Shown: positions 10,016-18,316, counted from the stretch's first letter. The stretch is DNA of 64,000 nucleotides from a virus (IMGVR_UViG_3300046786_000293:256001-320000); one strand, 5' to 3'. Program-made: numbers and translations. The notes: generated from the letters alone by a model not told the origin.

Positions 10016-10224
10016 GCCCACCTCAACATAAACAACATAGCATCTTGTTCAGATCTAAAATGCCACACAGTTTGGTCTCGACGAAACATTGCGCCCCTGT
10101 AGTCGTCCTGACAGTTTTGTTTGCACCACTCAAACCTTTGATCCTGTCCCCAAACCCAACCACCTGAATGCGGCACTTCTACACGATGTTGGAGATCTTG
10201 ACTGCGACTGTATTTTGCTGTCAT
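10012..10224 (-). CDS. Small array-family protein
   Basis: FEWCKQNC...WHFRSEQDAMLFMLRWA. Confidence 0.75.
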   Translation of the reverse strand: MTAKYSRSQDLQHRVEVPHSGGWVWGQDQRFEWCKQNCQDDYRGAMFRRDQTVWHFRSEQDAMLFMLRWA

Positions 10225-10505
10225 GCCCACCTCAACAAAAATGCACTAACCAACTTCTCATCATAAAAGTAAATATGGCCACCGTGATAGTCCCAGCTAC
10301 TGGATTCTGCGCCTGCTAGATCACTGAGTGGATTGCCAAGTTCCCACAACCATTTATACAGACCATGCGGCCAGTCTATAGGCGTACGATAAGTTTCCCA
10401 GCGTTCTTTGCTGGGATTGTATTCAACCCGCCACTCGTTTTTGGTATGTTTGCGACGAATAGTTGCCAAAATTCTCTCCACTGGAGTTAAAGGTCCATGA
10501 CTCAT
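10221..10505 (-). CDS. Small array-family protein
   Basis: LYKWLWELG...YFYDEKLVSAFLLRWA. Confidence 0.75.
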   Translation of the reverse strand: MSHGPLTPVERILATIRRKHTKNEWRVEYNPSKERWETYRTPIDWPHGLYKWLWELGNPLSDLAGAESSSWDYHGGHIYFYDEKLVSAFLLRWA

Positions 10506-10708
10506 GACCACCTCATCAACAACCACTCAACACCGGGCTTGTTCATATAATACACACCCCAACCTACGTGCCAGTGCGGGATAGCATTTTCCTTTAACCA
10601 CGCAGTTACTTTGTCGGACCCAAGAGCGTCGGCACCGACTTCTACCCTGTAATTGTAGGGATATTGCTGTGATACTTTATAGCCGAGATCTTTGATTTCG
10701 ATTTTCAT
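10502..10708 (-). CDS. Small array-family protein
   Basis: VTAWLKEN...YMNKPGVEWLLMRWS. Confidence 0.75.
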   Translation of the reverse strand: MKIEIKDLGYKVSQQYPYNYRVEVGADALGSDKVTAWLKENAIPHWHVGWGVYYMNKPGVEWLLMRWS

Positions 10709-10929
10709 AACCACTTCAATGAAAAGAAGAAAGCGTCTTGCTCACGCTCAAATGCAAATTTGCTTTCGTTTGTTTTCGGATCAAATGTAGACTTAAACAG
10801 TCCTGGAATGTTGAACTGGCAATAAATGTGCAATCCCATATGAGCCACGTTATGTTGACGCCTTTGCTCTGTGGTAATTGTAACGGGGTGCCACCCTCTT
10901 CGAACAGCACCCCGCACACTTGTTGGCAT
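10705..10929 (-). CDS. Small array-family protein, first gene of the array
   Basis: MPTSVRG...FAFEREQDAFFFSLKWL; start re-placed at the ATG 7 nt after the vWA gene stop. Confidence 0.7.
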   Translation of the reverse strand: MPTSVRGAVRRGWHPVTITTEQRRQHNVAHMGLHIYCQFNIPGLFKSTFDPKTNESKFAFEREQDAFFFSLKWL

Positions 10930-10936
10930 ATTCTTT

Positions 10937-12232
10937 TTACGCACGGGCCAATTTCTTAGCTTCTTCGTAGTGCGCCCACACACCAAACTCGGGCTCGGCA
11001 TCTTTGTTGCCTTTAATAACCCATACAGTATCGCAGTAGTCTTTGACTTCGTCGGGACGCCAGCCAAAGAAGCAGAAGTCTGTAAACATAATCAGCTTCT
11101 TAGGTTCAACGTCATTGTCTTTGAGCCATTCCCACACACAATGCGGATCGGTGCCGCCACCGCCGCCGGGTTGGTATTCAGTAATGTCTGACATGTTTTC
11201 GCTACTAAACTCTACTGGGTTGTAAACTTCAGTATCCCAAGTCAACACACGAACCTTATACTCGTCGTAAGATTCCATGATACCTTTAACTTCACTCAAA
11301 AAGTCTTTCAAGTCCTGTTCGCTAATACTTCCTGAAGTGTCAATAGCAACACAGACATCAATCTGCGTACCGGGCTTCATGCCGGGCATAATTGCATCCA
11401 TATGCCAGCTACGACGGTTAGGGCGCATCCAGCTAAAGTCATCTTTAACAGTACTTTGGATTTGTTGCTCCAACAGTTCACGCCAGTTAACCACAGGCTT
11501 AGTCAAGTCTTTGATCAGACGCTTAACACCTGCGGGCAAGTTACCTGCACCAACTGCCTGTGCGGCCTGCAACAATGCTTCGCGGATCTCGTCTTTAATG
11601 CGCTCACGTTCTTCTTTAGAGAGACGCGGACGACCTTTGCCGTCCTTTTCGTCGCCGTCGCCATCGCCATCGCCGTCACCGGAGCCATCTAAGTGCTCAT
11701 CCAAAACTTGTTGTAGCAAATCGCTGATGTCAATCTTTTCTGCTTTGTCGTACAGGTCGTCGTAGACTTCTTCAGCCGACCAACCTTTGTACTTAGGATC
11801 GTACAGGCAAGGTGTAATCTTGTCACCAATCTTTTGTTCAATCAAATCACTGTTAACACAATAGTCAGCGGCACAATTGAACAGACGCTTGTCGCGAGTT
11901 TCGCCAACACGACCCATGTGGTCGTAGACATTGTGTAGAACTTCGTGGCCAAACAAGAACTCAACTTCTTTGGGTTTGAGTTTGTTAACAAATTCGGTAT
12001 TGTAATAAAAGTTACGACCATCTGTAGCCGCAGTGGTCAGCCAATCGTCTGCATTAACCAAAGACAAACGAGTAGCCAAGTTACCAAAGAACGGGGCACG
12101 AAGCAAAAGACCGATACGTGCCGTAACCAACTTCTCCCGCACTTGTCGATCCAAATTGGGGTCTACGGTATCAGTAAGACGACCGCCAAGTTTATGGGTA
12201 GTTTTTTCTGCACTAGTTGTATTTGTAGCCAT
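10937..12232 (-). CDS. vWA-domain protein with N-terminal zincin metallopeptidase-like domain (MoxR partner)
   Basis: TAATDG, HEVLH (HExxH), acidic GD linker, MIDAS DTSGS...GGGGT...FTD; start re-placed at MATNTT. Confidence 0.85.
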   Translation of the reverse strand: MATNTTSAEKTTHKLGGRLTDTVDPNLDRQVREKLVTARIGLLLRAPFFGNLATRLSLVNADDWLTTAATDGRNFYYNTEFVNKLKPKEVEFLFGHEVLHNVYDHMGRVGETRDKRLFNCAADYCVNSDLIEQKIGDKITPCLYDPKYKGWSAEEVYDDLYDKAEKIDISDLLQQVLDEHLDGSGDGDGDGDGDEKDGKGRPRLSKEERERIKDEIREALLQAAQAVGAGNLPAGVKRLIKDLTKPVVNWRELLEQQIQSTVKDDFSWMRPNRRSWHMDAIMPGMKPGTQIDVCVAIDTSGSISEQDLKDFLSEVKGIMESYDEYKVRVLTWDTEVYNPVEFSSENMSDITEYQPGGGGGTDPHCVWEWLKDNDVEPKKLIMFTDFCFFGWRPDEVKDYCDTVWVIKGNKDAEPEFGVWAHYEEAKKLARA

Positions 12233-12256
12233 TAAATGCTCCTTGTTAATGTATAT

Positions 12257-12305
12257 ATTATAGCAGAAAAGCGAATTTCTGCCAAGTAATACCAAGGTAT
12301 TACTT
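12257..12305 (-). promoter_or_regulatory. Sigma70-type promoter with an overlapping perfect palindrome (candidate operator)
   Basis: TTGGCA (12280-12285)-17 nt-TATAAT (12257-12262); AAGTAATACC-AA-GGTATTACTT at 12284-12305. Confidence 0.75.
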
Positions 12306-12306
12306 T

Positions 12307-12750
12307 TTAAAAGTTGAGTGTGATGTAGCCTGCGTGTACGTTAGCCATAATATTAGCGCAGACATTACTACGGGGTGCAGTTACCAAGTCATCAACGTAG
12401 AAGGTCTTTTGTCGACCCGACGTACAATTTGTGACTTGAATGCCACTGTAATAACGTTCGCGTTCAAAGCGCCATTTAGTACCTTTGCCATCAGTCCAAT
12501 ACCATTTGGAATTTTCGTTAAGCAATTGAAGTTTTTTGCTTTGACCAACCGGCACACACTTGTAACTCAAACCAATAGCCAAGTAGGAGTCCGCCTCTTG
12601 ACGTTTACGAATACGTTCCAACTTGCCACCAATGCTTACTAGGTCTTTGCCAGTCAGACCCATGAGTTGAGTGTAAGCAACCAATTGTCGAACTTGTTCT
12701 TGCTTGTCTGCAGAGAAGCGTCGAAACTCTAATTGGATTTCGTCTTCCAT
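12307..12750 (-). CDS. Hypothetical protein
   Basis: 147-aa ORF between the AAA and vWA genes. Confidence 0.7.
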   Translation of the reverse strand: MEDEIQLEFRRFSADKQEQVRQLVAYTQLMGLTGKDLVSIGGKLERIRKRQEADSYLAIGLSYKCVPVGQSKKLQLLNENSKWYWTDGKGTKWRFERERYYSGIQVTNCTSGRQKTFYVDDLVTAPRSNVCANIMANVHAGYITLNF

Positions 12751-12751
12751 T

Positions 12752-13039
12752 TTACATCCATTTCAATTTGATAAAACTTGCTTCGTTGTCGCTAGCAAGA
12801 TAAATGTAGCAATAACTTCTGCTGGAATTATAACTATCAACATTAAACGCCCATACAGGAGTTTTAAATGACGCATCCCGATAAGTAAACTCGAGTTCAC
12901 AACTCGGGCCCCAAATGGCCCAACAATCGGAACGAATTTTATTAAAGTCTGAATAACCTTTTTCGTTTGCAGTAAACGAAATTCGATATTTGAACTTGTC
13001 AATTCCTTTGTGTCGTCGATCTAACTTTTCTAGTATCAT
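12752..13039 (-). CDS. Array-family homolog inside the AAA-vWA operon
   Basis: MILEKLDRRH...DCWAIWG...YLASDNEASFIKLKWM. Confidence 0.65.
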   Translation of the reverse strand: MILEKLDRRHKGIDKFKYRISFTANEKGYSDFNKIRSDCWAIWGPSCELEFTYRDASFKTPVWAFNVDSYNSSRSYCYIYLASDNEASFIKLKWM

Positions 13040-13047
13040 AATAAATT

Positions 13048-13094
13048 GGGAGGACTTACGGTGAAAGGAGGAAAAAGCCCTGCCTCCCTTCACT
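13048..13094 (-). other. GC-rich intergenic hairpin (attenuator or processing site candidate)
   Basis: GTGAAGGGAGG...CCTCCTTTCAC 11-bp stem with one G-U pair; no U-tract; a second CCTCCC downstream offers alternative pairing. Confidence 0.45.
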
Positions 13095-13096
13095 CT

Positions 13097-14206
13097 TTAC
13101 TTGGCGCTTGCGGCAATAATGTACTTGCCGAAACGCTTATGGAACTCGTCGAAGTTCTTCAACTTGCCAGGAACAAACGGCAGGTTGTAGGTAGTCAACG
13201 CAACACGAGCACCCATAACAGTCAGTTCAGTGGTAAAGTTCTCCATCATGAACTTGAAGAAGTTATCGGCATTGGTATGCCAATCTTCGTTGGGTTTATT
13301 GCCCAACTTTTCTGCACGGTCCTTAAGCTCATAGCACAGGCTAATCACCATAGAGTACATAGCAGAGATTTCTTTGATCTTCAGCTCTTTGATCTTACCA
13401 TCCAACACTTCTTCGGGACGAGGCATTTGGCCTGCAATCTTACGATGTGCCATGAACTTAATAGCAACACCTTCACCAATTGCACCTGCAATCAAGTCAG
13501 TCAGTTCAGTATCAGTACTGTCGTCATCTTCCAACAGTTGGCTCACAAAGGTCCACGAACGCGGCGTAGCAAACGAACGGCTAGAACTACGCGGATCAAA
13601 GTCGTAAAGATCCTGTTTGGCGAAACCAATGTAACCAACCACATCCTTATGGACCTGATTAGTAACAGCCCAGTTCTGCCAGGATTCGTGATCCACACGC
13701 ATCTCCAAGTGAACGAAACGGTTTGCCAGCGGAGCAGGCATACGATAAGTAACACCTTTGTCGCTTTCACGGTTACCAGCGGCAACAACTACAACGTTAT
13801 CGGGCAGGGTATACTTGCCGATACGACGATTCAGAATCAGCTGATAGGCACTTGCCTGGATGCTAGGTGCGGCACTGTTCATTTCGTCGAGGAACAGAAC
13901 AACAATGGGATGCTGAGAGGCAGTTTCTGCATCGGGCAAGTCAATGGGAGGAGCCCAATCCATCTTGCCATTGTCCTTATTGAAGAACGGAATACCGCGC
14001 AGGTCAGTGGGTTCCATCTGAGCAAGACGCAGGTCAATAAACGCACCGCCGAGCTCTCGAGCAATACCTTCAACCACTTCGGACTTACCGATACCCGGAG
14101 GACCCCACAAGAAAGCAGGACGCTTCTTCTTAAAGCATTTCAAAATAGCACGTTTAGCACCATCGCTGGTAACTGTACGGTGTTCGGTTACTGAATCTTT
14201 AGCCAT
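13097..14206 (-). CDS. MoxR-like AAA+ ATPase
   Basis: Walker A GPPGIGKS, Walker B LFLDEM, VVVAAGN, PLANRF. Confidence 0.9.
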   Translation of the reverse strand: MAKDSVTEHRTVTSDGAKRAILKCFKKKRPAFLWGPPGIGKSEVVEGIARELGGAFIDLRLAQMEPTDLRGIPFFNKDNGKMDWAPPIDLPDAETASQHPIVVLFLDEMNSAAPSIQASAYQLILNRRIGKYTLPDNVVVVAAGNRESDKGVTYRMPAPLANRFVHLEMRVDHESWQNWAVTNQVHKDVVGYIGFAKQDLYDFDPRSSSRSFATPRSWTFVSQLLEDDDSTDTELTDLIAGAIGEGVAIKFMAHRKIAGQMPRPEEVLDGKIKELKIKEISAMYSMVISLCYELKDRAEKLGNKPNEDWHTNADNFFKFMMENFTTELTVMGARVALTTYNLPFVPGKLKNFDEFHKRFGKYIIAASAK

Positions 14207-14244
14207 TGTTTTCTCCTTTAAGTAATGACTGTGTTAAAAAATTA

Positions 14245-14277
14245 ATTATAGCAGAATTGTGATTTATTGTCTGTTGT
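14245..14277 (-). promoter_or_regulatory. Promoter with TATAAT and a CAACAGACAA box at -35
   Basis: TATAAT at 14245-14250, 17-nt spacer, CAGACA at 14268-14273; the same arrangement recurs at 27199-27230. Confidence 0.5.
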
Positions 14278-14279
14278 TT

Positions 14280-14768
14280 TTATGCAACACGTTTGACTTT
14301 TCGACGAGTAGCGTCCATGCCGTCGATAATCATACGACCATAGCTCGCGTGGAACCAATCAAACTCGGGTATACGTCCGGGGTTGGCTTTCATTTTGTAT
14401 GTAAGCAAACCCATTTTGGCCAAAGCCACAGGGTAGATGTTGTCTGCCACACTTGGCGGAATACCGCGAACACCTGCAACGTCCAAAGGACTAAACAAGA
14501 AGTCGTTTAGGGTTTCTACCATAGCTTCACTGTATGCAGGCACCTCAAAGTTTTCACGCAAGTATTTCAGCATAGTATTGAACCTTGCAGAAACTTCTGC
14601 TTCGTTTTGGCTAACAGCCACGCAACGATCAAACAAGCGAATAGCTTCTTTGTATTTGTTGGGTTTAGCAACTTCAGTGACCGCGGCAGTGGCCTCAGGT
14701 ACCGCAGTGGCAATCGAAGCCGTCGCAGCCAGCGCGGCCATACCTTGTAAAAATAAACGACGATCCAT
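14280..14768 (-). CDS. Hypothetical protein with a twin-arginine (Tat)-like signal peptide
   Basis: Start re-placed behind an AGGAG RBS: MDRRLFLQGMAALAATASIATAVPEATA. Confidence 0.7.
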   Translation of the reverse strand: MDRRLFLQGMAALAATASIATAVPEATAAVTEVAKPNKYKEAIRLFDRCVAVSQNEAEVSARFNTMLKYLRENFEVPAYSEAMVETLNDFLFSPLDVAGVRGIPPSVADNIYPVALAKMGLLTYKMKANPGRIPEFDWFHASYGRMIIDGMDATRRKVKRVA

Positions 14769-14778
14769 TACAATCTCC

Positions 14779-15129
14779 TTAGACCACGCAAACATAGGGC
14801 TGATTCCACTTGCCAATGTGGACGTTGATATAGTGACTGCAATGGAAGTAGTCAGTTTGGGCATCCGACTCGTCGAAGTAGTCGGGGCCGTACATAGCAG
14901 GGATCACTTCAGACAAAAAATCCTTTGCACGACCTTCGAAGTGTTCGTGATACCAATAAGGATTAACTTGAATATAATCACCGCCAAAGTCGATGTTGCC
15001 TTGTTTAACAGTCAGAACTAGCGACATATGACTACGAACAGAAAGGCTTGCTTTGATGCCATACTTTTTGCAAATAGCCTTGATAGTGGGGGCCAATTTT
15101 GCTTTATGCTCTTGACTCATGTACGCCAT
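14779..15129 (-). CDS. Hypothetical (early) protein
   Basis: 116 aa, GGAG RBS, own promoter. Confidence 0.75.
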   Translation of the reverse strand: MAYMSQEHKAKLAPTIKAICKKYGIKASLSVRSHMSLVLTVKQGNIDFGGDYIQVNPYWYHEHFEGRAKDFLSEVIPAMYGPDYFDESDAQTDYFHCSHYINVHIGKWNQPYVCVV

Positions 15130-15161
15130 TTGGTGCTCCTGTTGTGTTTCGCAATACTAGT

Positions 15162-15195
15162 ATTATAACAAAAACGGGAATTTCGAGCAATACCC
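15162..15195 (-). promoter_or_regulatory. Sigma70-type early promoter
   Basis: TTGCTC (15185-15190)-17 nt-TATAAT (15162-15167) with extended -10 TG; upstream CGGGTA is shared with the 15511 promoter. Confidence 0.75.
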
Positions 15196-15210
15196 GTTCA
15201 ATTTGTCGGG

Positions 15211-15483
15211 TTATGCAGATTCCAGCATGGCCAAAGGCACGTTGAAACGCTGGTTGTTAGTACGCACTAACGCATACTTAAGTTTAATCTTTTCGACAGT
15301 ACCTGTATAGGTAACACCGTTGCGATTGGATGTAAACTTAACATTATCGCCAGCCCAGAATGATCGGGCATTTTGCTTGGCAAGTTGACTACGGGCGAAC
15401 TTGATAGCATTGGCAATGGAGTTCAGGTCATCGTTAGTAAACACGCCCGAAATAATTGCAGAGTTAATGTCTTTAATATTCAT
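15211..15483 (-). CDS. Hypothetical protein with an SH3-like C-terminal beta domain
   Basis: GDNVKF...YTGTVEKIKLKYALV...FNVPLAML. Confidence 0.7.
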   Translation of the reverse strand: MNIKDINSAIISGVFTNDDLNSIANAIKFARSQLAKQNARSFWAGDNVKFTSNRNGVTYTGTVEKIKLKYALVRTNNQRFNVPLAMLESA

Positions 15484-15510
15484 CGCTAGCTCCTTTGTTG
15501 CAATATCAAT

Positions 15511-15591
15511 ATTATAACAAATTTTGGAATTTCGAGCAATACCCGAGTAAAACGAAAGGGTATTACAAAAGTAGTACTTAGGTATTACTTT
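15511..15591 (-). promoter_or_regulatory. Sigma70-type early promoter with an upstream imperfect palindrome
   Basis: TTGCTC (15534-15539)-17 nt-TATAAT (15511-15516); AAAGTAGTAC-TTAG-GTATTACTTT at 15568-15591. Confidence 0.7.
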
Positions 15592-15952
15592 CTAAATGGT
15601 CCAAATAACTAGCAAGATCACTACCTTGTAATTCGAGCCAAATAGCGTCTTGTTCGTCAAAAACAATGAATTTATTAGTGCGGGTCCAATAGTAGTAGGG
15701 GCCCGGAAAGAACCGTTCGAGTTGAAGAAGATTTTTGTTTGTGAGCGGGCGCTCTAGTTCAAACATATAGTCCCTAAGTTTCAACTCTTTCTTAAGGAAC
15801 TGATAGCCCGTCATACTTAGACGTAGGCTATTTTTATCGGTAAAGTTATGCCAAATAAATTTTGTATCAACTATGGCTTTGCTCAATTGCTGAGCAAATA
15901 TTTTTGCTAGTTGATGTTGCGTGTAGCGTTTAGGGGTAGATCCTGTCACCAC
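15578..15952 (-). CDS. Hypothetical protein
   Basis: 124 aa; ends FIVFDEQDAIWLEL, resembling the array-family motif. Confidence 0.7.
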   Translation of the reverse strand: MVTGSTPKRYTQHQLAKIFAQQLSKAIVDTKFIWHNFTDKNSLRLSMTGYQFLKKELKLRDYMFELERPLTNKNLLQLERFFPGPYYYWTRTNKFIVFDEQDAIWLELQGSDLASYLDHLESNT

Positions 15953-16217
15953 TTTTTAAGAGCACTACTGTAAACAAATCTGTTTTAAATAGTGTGTTCA
16001 TTTTTTTAGCCAAGTTAATGGCATGACCCGGATTTGAGAACGAAGTCTTTTTATATTTAGGCCCGGGGTAGTTGACGAGCATATTACTCGACTTTAAGTT
16101 GATTGGTTGGTTATCATAGAAAACAGCCCATATACCTTCACTACTCAAGATTTGTTCGCTCTTGTAGTTTGATTTGTTGACGTGTTCTACTAACACAGTT
16201 GGTTTAGGTCTACTCAT
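15930..16217 (-). CDS. Hypothetical protein
   Basis: 95 aa, downstream of a TAAATA motif at 16238-16243. Confidence 0.75.
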   Translation of the reverse strand: MSRPKPTVLVEHVNKSNYKSEQILSSEGIWAVFYDNQPINLKSSNMLVNYPGPKYKKTSFSNPGHAINLAKKMNTLFKTDLFTVVLLKSGDRIYP

Positions 16218-16262
16218 AGTTTATTGAACCACATATATATTTATCTTTTAAATGTGCGTAGA

Positions 16263-16490
16263 TTATTTAAATCCGCCACCATCCATAGCAATAGTTACAA
16301 TACTATCTGTTTGATTGTTCTGCACTCGTTGACTTAGGTGGGCACAATGATTTAGCAACTCAAATATATCTGCTTGCAAGTTACGTGCTTCGTTAGCACT
16401 TAGTGATAGGTCTTTTTTATTAGTTTGATTCATGACCTTTACTTTGTCATTGAACATTTTTAAATGTAAACTCAATTGAGATTCGTTCAT
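16263..16490 (-). CDS. Hypothetical protein
   Basis: 75 aa, ATGA-coupled. Confidence 0.7.
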   Translation of the reverse strand: MNESQLSLHLKMFNDKVKVMNQTNKKDLSLSANEARNLQADIFELLNHCAHLSQRVQNNQTDSIVTIAMDGGGFK

Positions 16491-16957
16491 TTGGCCATCC
16501 TGAGTGCTTCTTGCATTTCTGTTTTACTTTTAAACGGACCTTGGAAATCGTATCTGTTTAATGTAATAAATTTAGGGCAATAACTTTTAACCCATCCGTT
16601 GTTAAATTTGATGATATAGTAACCTGCACAGTAGTAACTTTTACTTTTGCTAGTCTTAGTGTATACTGGAAATTGATGTTTAACATCCCACAACACATTC
16701 CAAGGCTTTTGGCTAACAGGATATCCGTGTACTTCGTGTATCTCGGATAATTTTTCCTTTTTAGGAACAACATTATCGAACACAACGTTACGGGCCTTGC
16801 TTAGTAGTTTAATTGAAGCAAAACGTTCTCGAGCATGATTATGTACATAGACAAAACCGCCATCTTCGGCAGCTTGTATAGTGGCAACTTTATTACCTTG
16901 TTCTTCAACAATCCAGAATTTATTTTTAAGTACTGGTCGTGCAATCAATTCAGTCAT
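16487..16957 (-). CDS. Hypothetical protein
   Basis: Start re-placed at MTELIARP (ATGA overlap). Confidence 0.7.
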   Translation of the reverse strand: MTELIARPVLKNKFWIVEEQGNKVATIQAAEDGGFVYVHNHARERFASIKLLSKARNVVFDNVVPKKEKLSEIHEVHGYPVSQKPWNVLWDVKHQFPVYTKTSKSKSYYCAGYYIIKFNNGWVKSYCPKFITLNRYDFQGPFKSKTEMQEALRMAK

Positions 16958-17322
16958 AGAATAGTAAGTCCTGCAAATGCAATATAACACAACTGATGTG
17001 TCATTTGATCCAATCCAAGATGATTCCAGAATTGGGGAGTGGTAATATCACGATTACCGTAATTCATTTTAATCCAGTCAATATGATAGTGTAGGATAAT
17101 ATCCAAAGCACCCACAAAGAAAGCAAACTCTATGTTAGGCCAGCCGGTAACGACCCATAAACAAACAAAAGTACCAAGACCGTGTTTGAGACTATGCTTA
17201 ACACCGCGCCAATCTAAGTATTCACCTTTGTATTTGACTTCTTCGTTTGTTTGATTTACAAAGTCAATATACCAATGCTTAATCTGTAGCAAAACAAGAA
17301 TAAACAGTAGAGTATTAATCAT
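16954..17322 (-). CDS. His-rich membrane protein (DUF3307-like)
   Basis: LQIKHWYIDF, HSLKHG, HYHIDWIK, GLDQMTH with hydrophobic segments. Confidence 0.7.
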   Translation of the reverse strand: MINTLLFILVLLQIKHWYIDFVNQTNEEVKYKGEYLDWRGVKHSLKHGLGTFVCLWVVTGWPNIEFAFFVGALDIILHYHIDWIKMNYGNRDITTPQFWNHLGLDQMTHQLCYIAFAGLTIL

Positions 17323-17477
17323 TTATTATTCCTTTGTTGAAATCGATATTCTCGACGTAACCACCATTTATACTGTTGAAAGTATTCACTAAGTGAAAGT
17401 TTCTGACTGCCCCAATTCATTCGCTCTTCGCAGTTTTCATACCATAAGTCTTGTAGCCATGATCTAAATGATTTCAT
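17319..17477 (-). CDS. 52-aa Trp-rich hypothetical protein (not in ORF track)
   Basis: MKSFRSWLQDLWYE...SLSEYFQQYKWWLRREYRFQQRNNK*; ATGA overlaps at both ends. Confidence 0.6.
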   Translation of the reverse strand: MKSFRSWLQDLWYENCEERMNWGSQKLSLSEYFQQYKWWLRREYRFQQRNNK

Positions 17478-17860
17478 ACACCCTCAGGCACAGGTAAGTT
17501 ATCATAATATGTTGCAGCCACATCTTTAATGTACTCCATCATAGTATTTTCGTCTACTTCAGTAAAATAAACATTGTCGTAGGCTTTGTTTGGGTCGATG
17601 TTACGAACTCGTGCTTCTTGCAAATACGCATCTGCAAATTCAGGATTACGCCAGATAAAGCATTGATCGTATCCTGGCACATGAATTTGGATATCGTAGA
17701 CATTGTAAGTTTTGCAATCAAATACACAACTGCAAAACTCTTGACCGTCTGCATCGGCAAAGTCCATAAAACGTGCGTTAGGTCCCCAGCAATTCCATTG
17801 AAACTCACTACCTCCGCTCACCCGACCTTCTACGGCATTAATAACATCAATCAATTTCAT
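17474..17860 (-). CDS. Hypothetical protein
   Basis: Start re-placed at MKLIDVINA (ATGA overlap). Confidence 0.7.
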   Translation of the reverse strand: MKLIDVINAVEGRVSGGSEFQWNCWGPNARFMDFADADGQEFCSCVFDCKTYNVYDIQIHVPGYDQCFIWRNPEFADAYLQEARVRNIDPNKAYDNVYFTEVDENTMMEYIKDVAATYYDNLPVPEGV

Positions 17861-18090
17861 TGCATATCCTTCAAAATATCTATCGTTTGTTCGTAATCTA
17901 TTACACAGGCTATAGGCTTGAGCCAACCATTGTTAATACATTCTGCTATAATCATTTTGTATTCTTTAGGACAATGCTGATTAATCTCAAAGCCAGCTCT
18001 TGGATTTAAAGCAAATCCGTCGACAATATTAAAGCCTTGATCCCCCGAGCGGAGTAATCGGACGCGACTTTGGTGTGTGCGGAACGGCAT
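17857..18090 (-). CDS. Hypothetical protein
   Basis: MPFRTHQS... 77 aa. Confidence 0.6.
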   Translation of the reverse strand: MPFRTHQSRVRLLRSGDQGFNIVDGFALNPRAGFEINQHCPKEYKMIIAECINNGWLKPIACVIDYEQTIDILKDMQ

Positions 18091-18316
18091 TATGTTGGAA
18101 CCTTTCTTCAATAGCTTTTACACAATCTTCAATATTGGACATTGCACGATCATAATCGTGCGTGGTATAAACTGCACGTAGTGTCGCATTTCGAATAGTA
18201 TCGATACACTCGTCGACAATCTGTCGTGCAAATGCTTCTTGCATTTGTGGATTGACACTAGGATAGTGGCTACCACCGGCTTGTAATTGAAATTCTTTAA
18301 GTAATTCTTTATTCAT
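18029..18316 (-). CDS. Hypothetical protein
   Basis: MNKELLKEFQLQAGGSHYP... Confidence 0.6.
   Translation of the reverse strand: MNKELLKEFQLQAGGSHYPSVNPQMQEAFARQIVDECIDTIRNATLRAVYTTHDYDRAMSNIEDCVKAIEERFQHNAVPHTPKSRPITPLGGSRL

Larger units (their letters stand above)
8835..10719 (-). repeat. Nine consecutive 15-nt gene-junction repeats, consensus (minus strand) TTGAGGTGGGCATGA
   Basis: Plus-strand tcatgcccacctcaa or close variants start at 8835, 9080, 9292, 9591, 9788, 10012, 10221, 10502 and 10705; weaker copies at 7426 and 7578. Confidence 0.9.

Noticed and set aside
8835-10719. Regularly recurring 15-nt repeat as a CRISPR array
   Set aside because: The repeat is too short, the spacers are 200-300 nt and encode full ORFs, and no cas genes are present.
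7187-10929. Diversity-generating retroelement or integron as the source of the array
   Set aside because: No reverse transcriptase, template/variable repeat pair with A-specific mismatches, tyrosine integrase or attC-like palindromes in the window.
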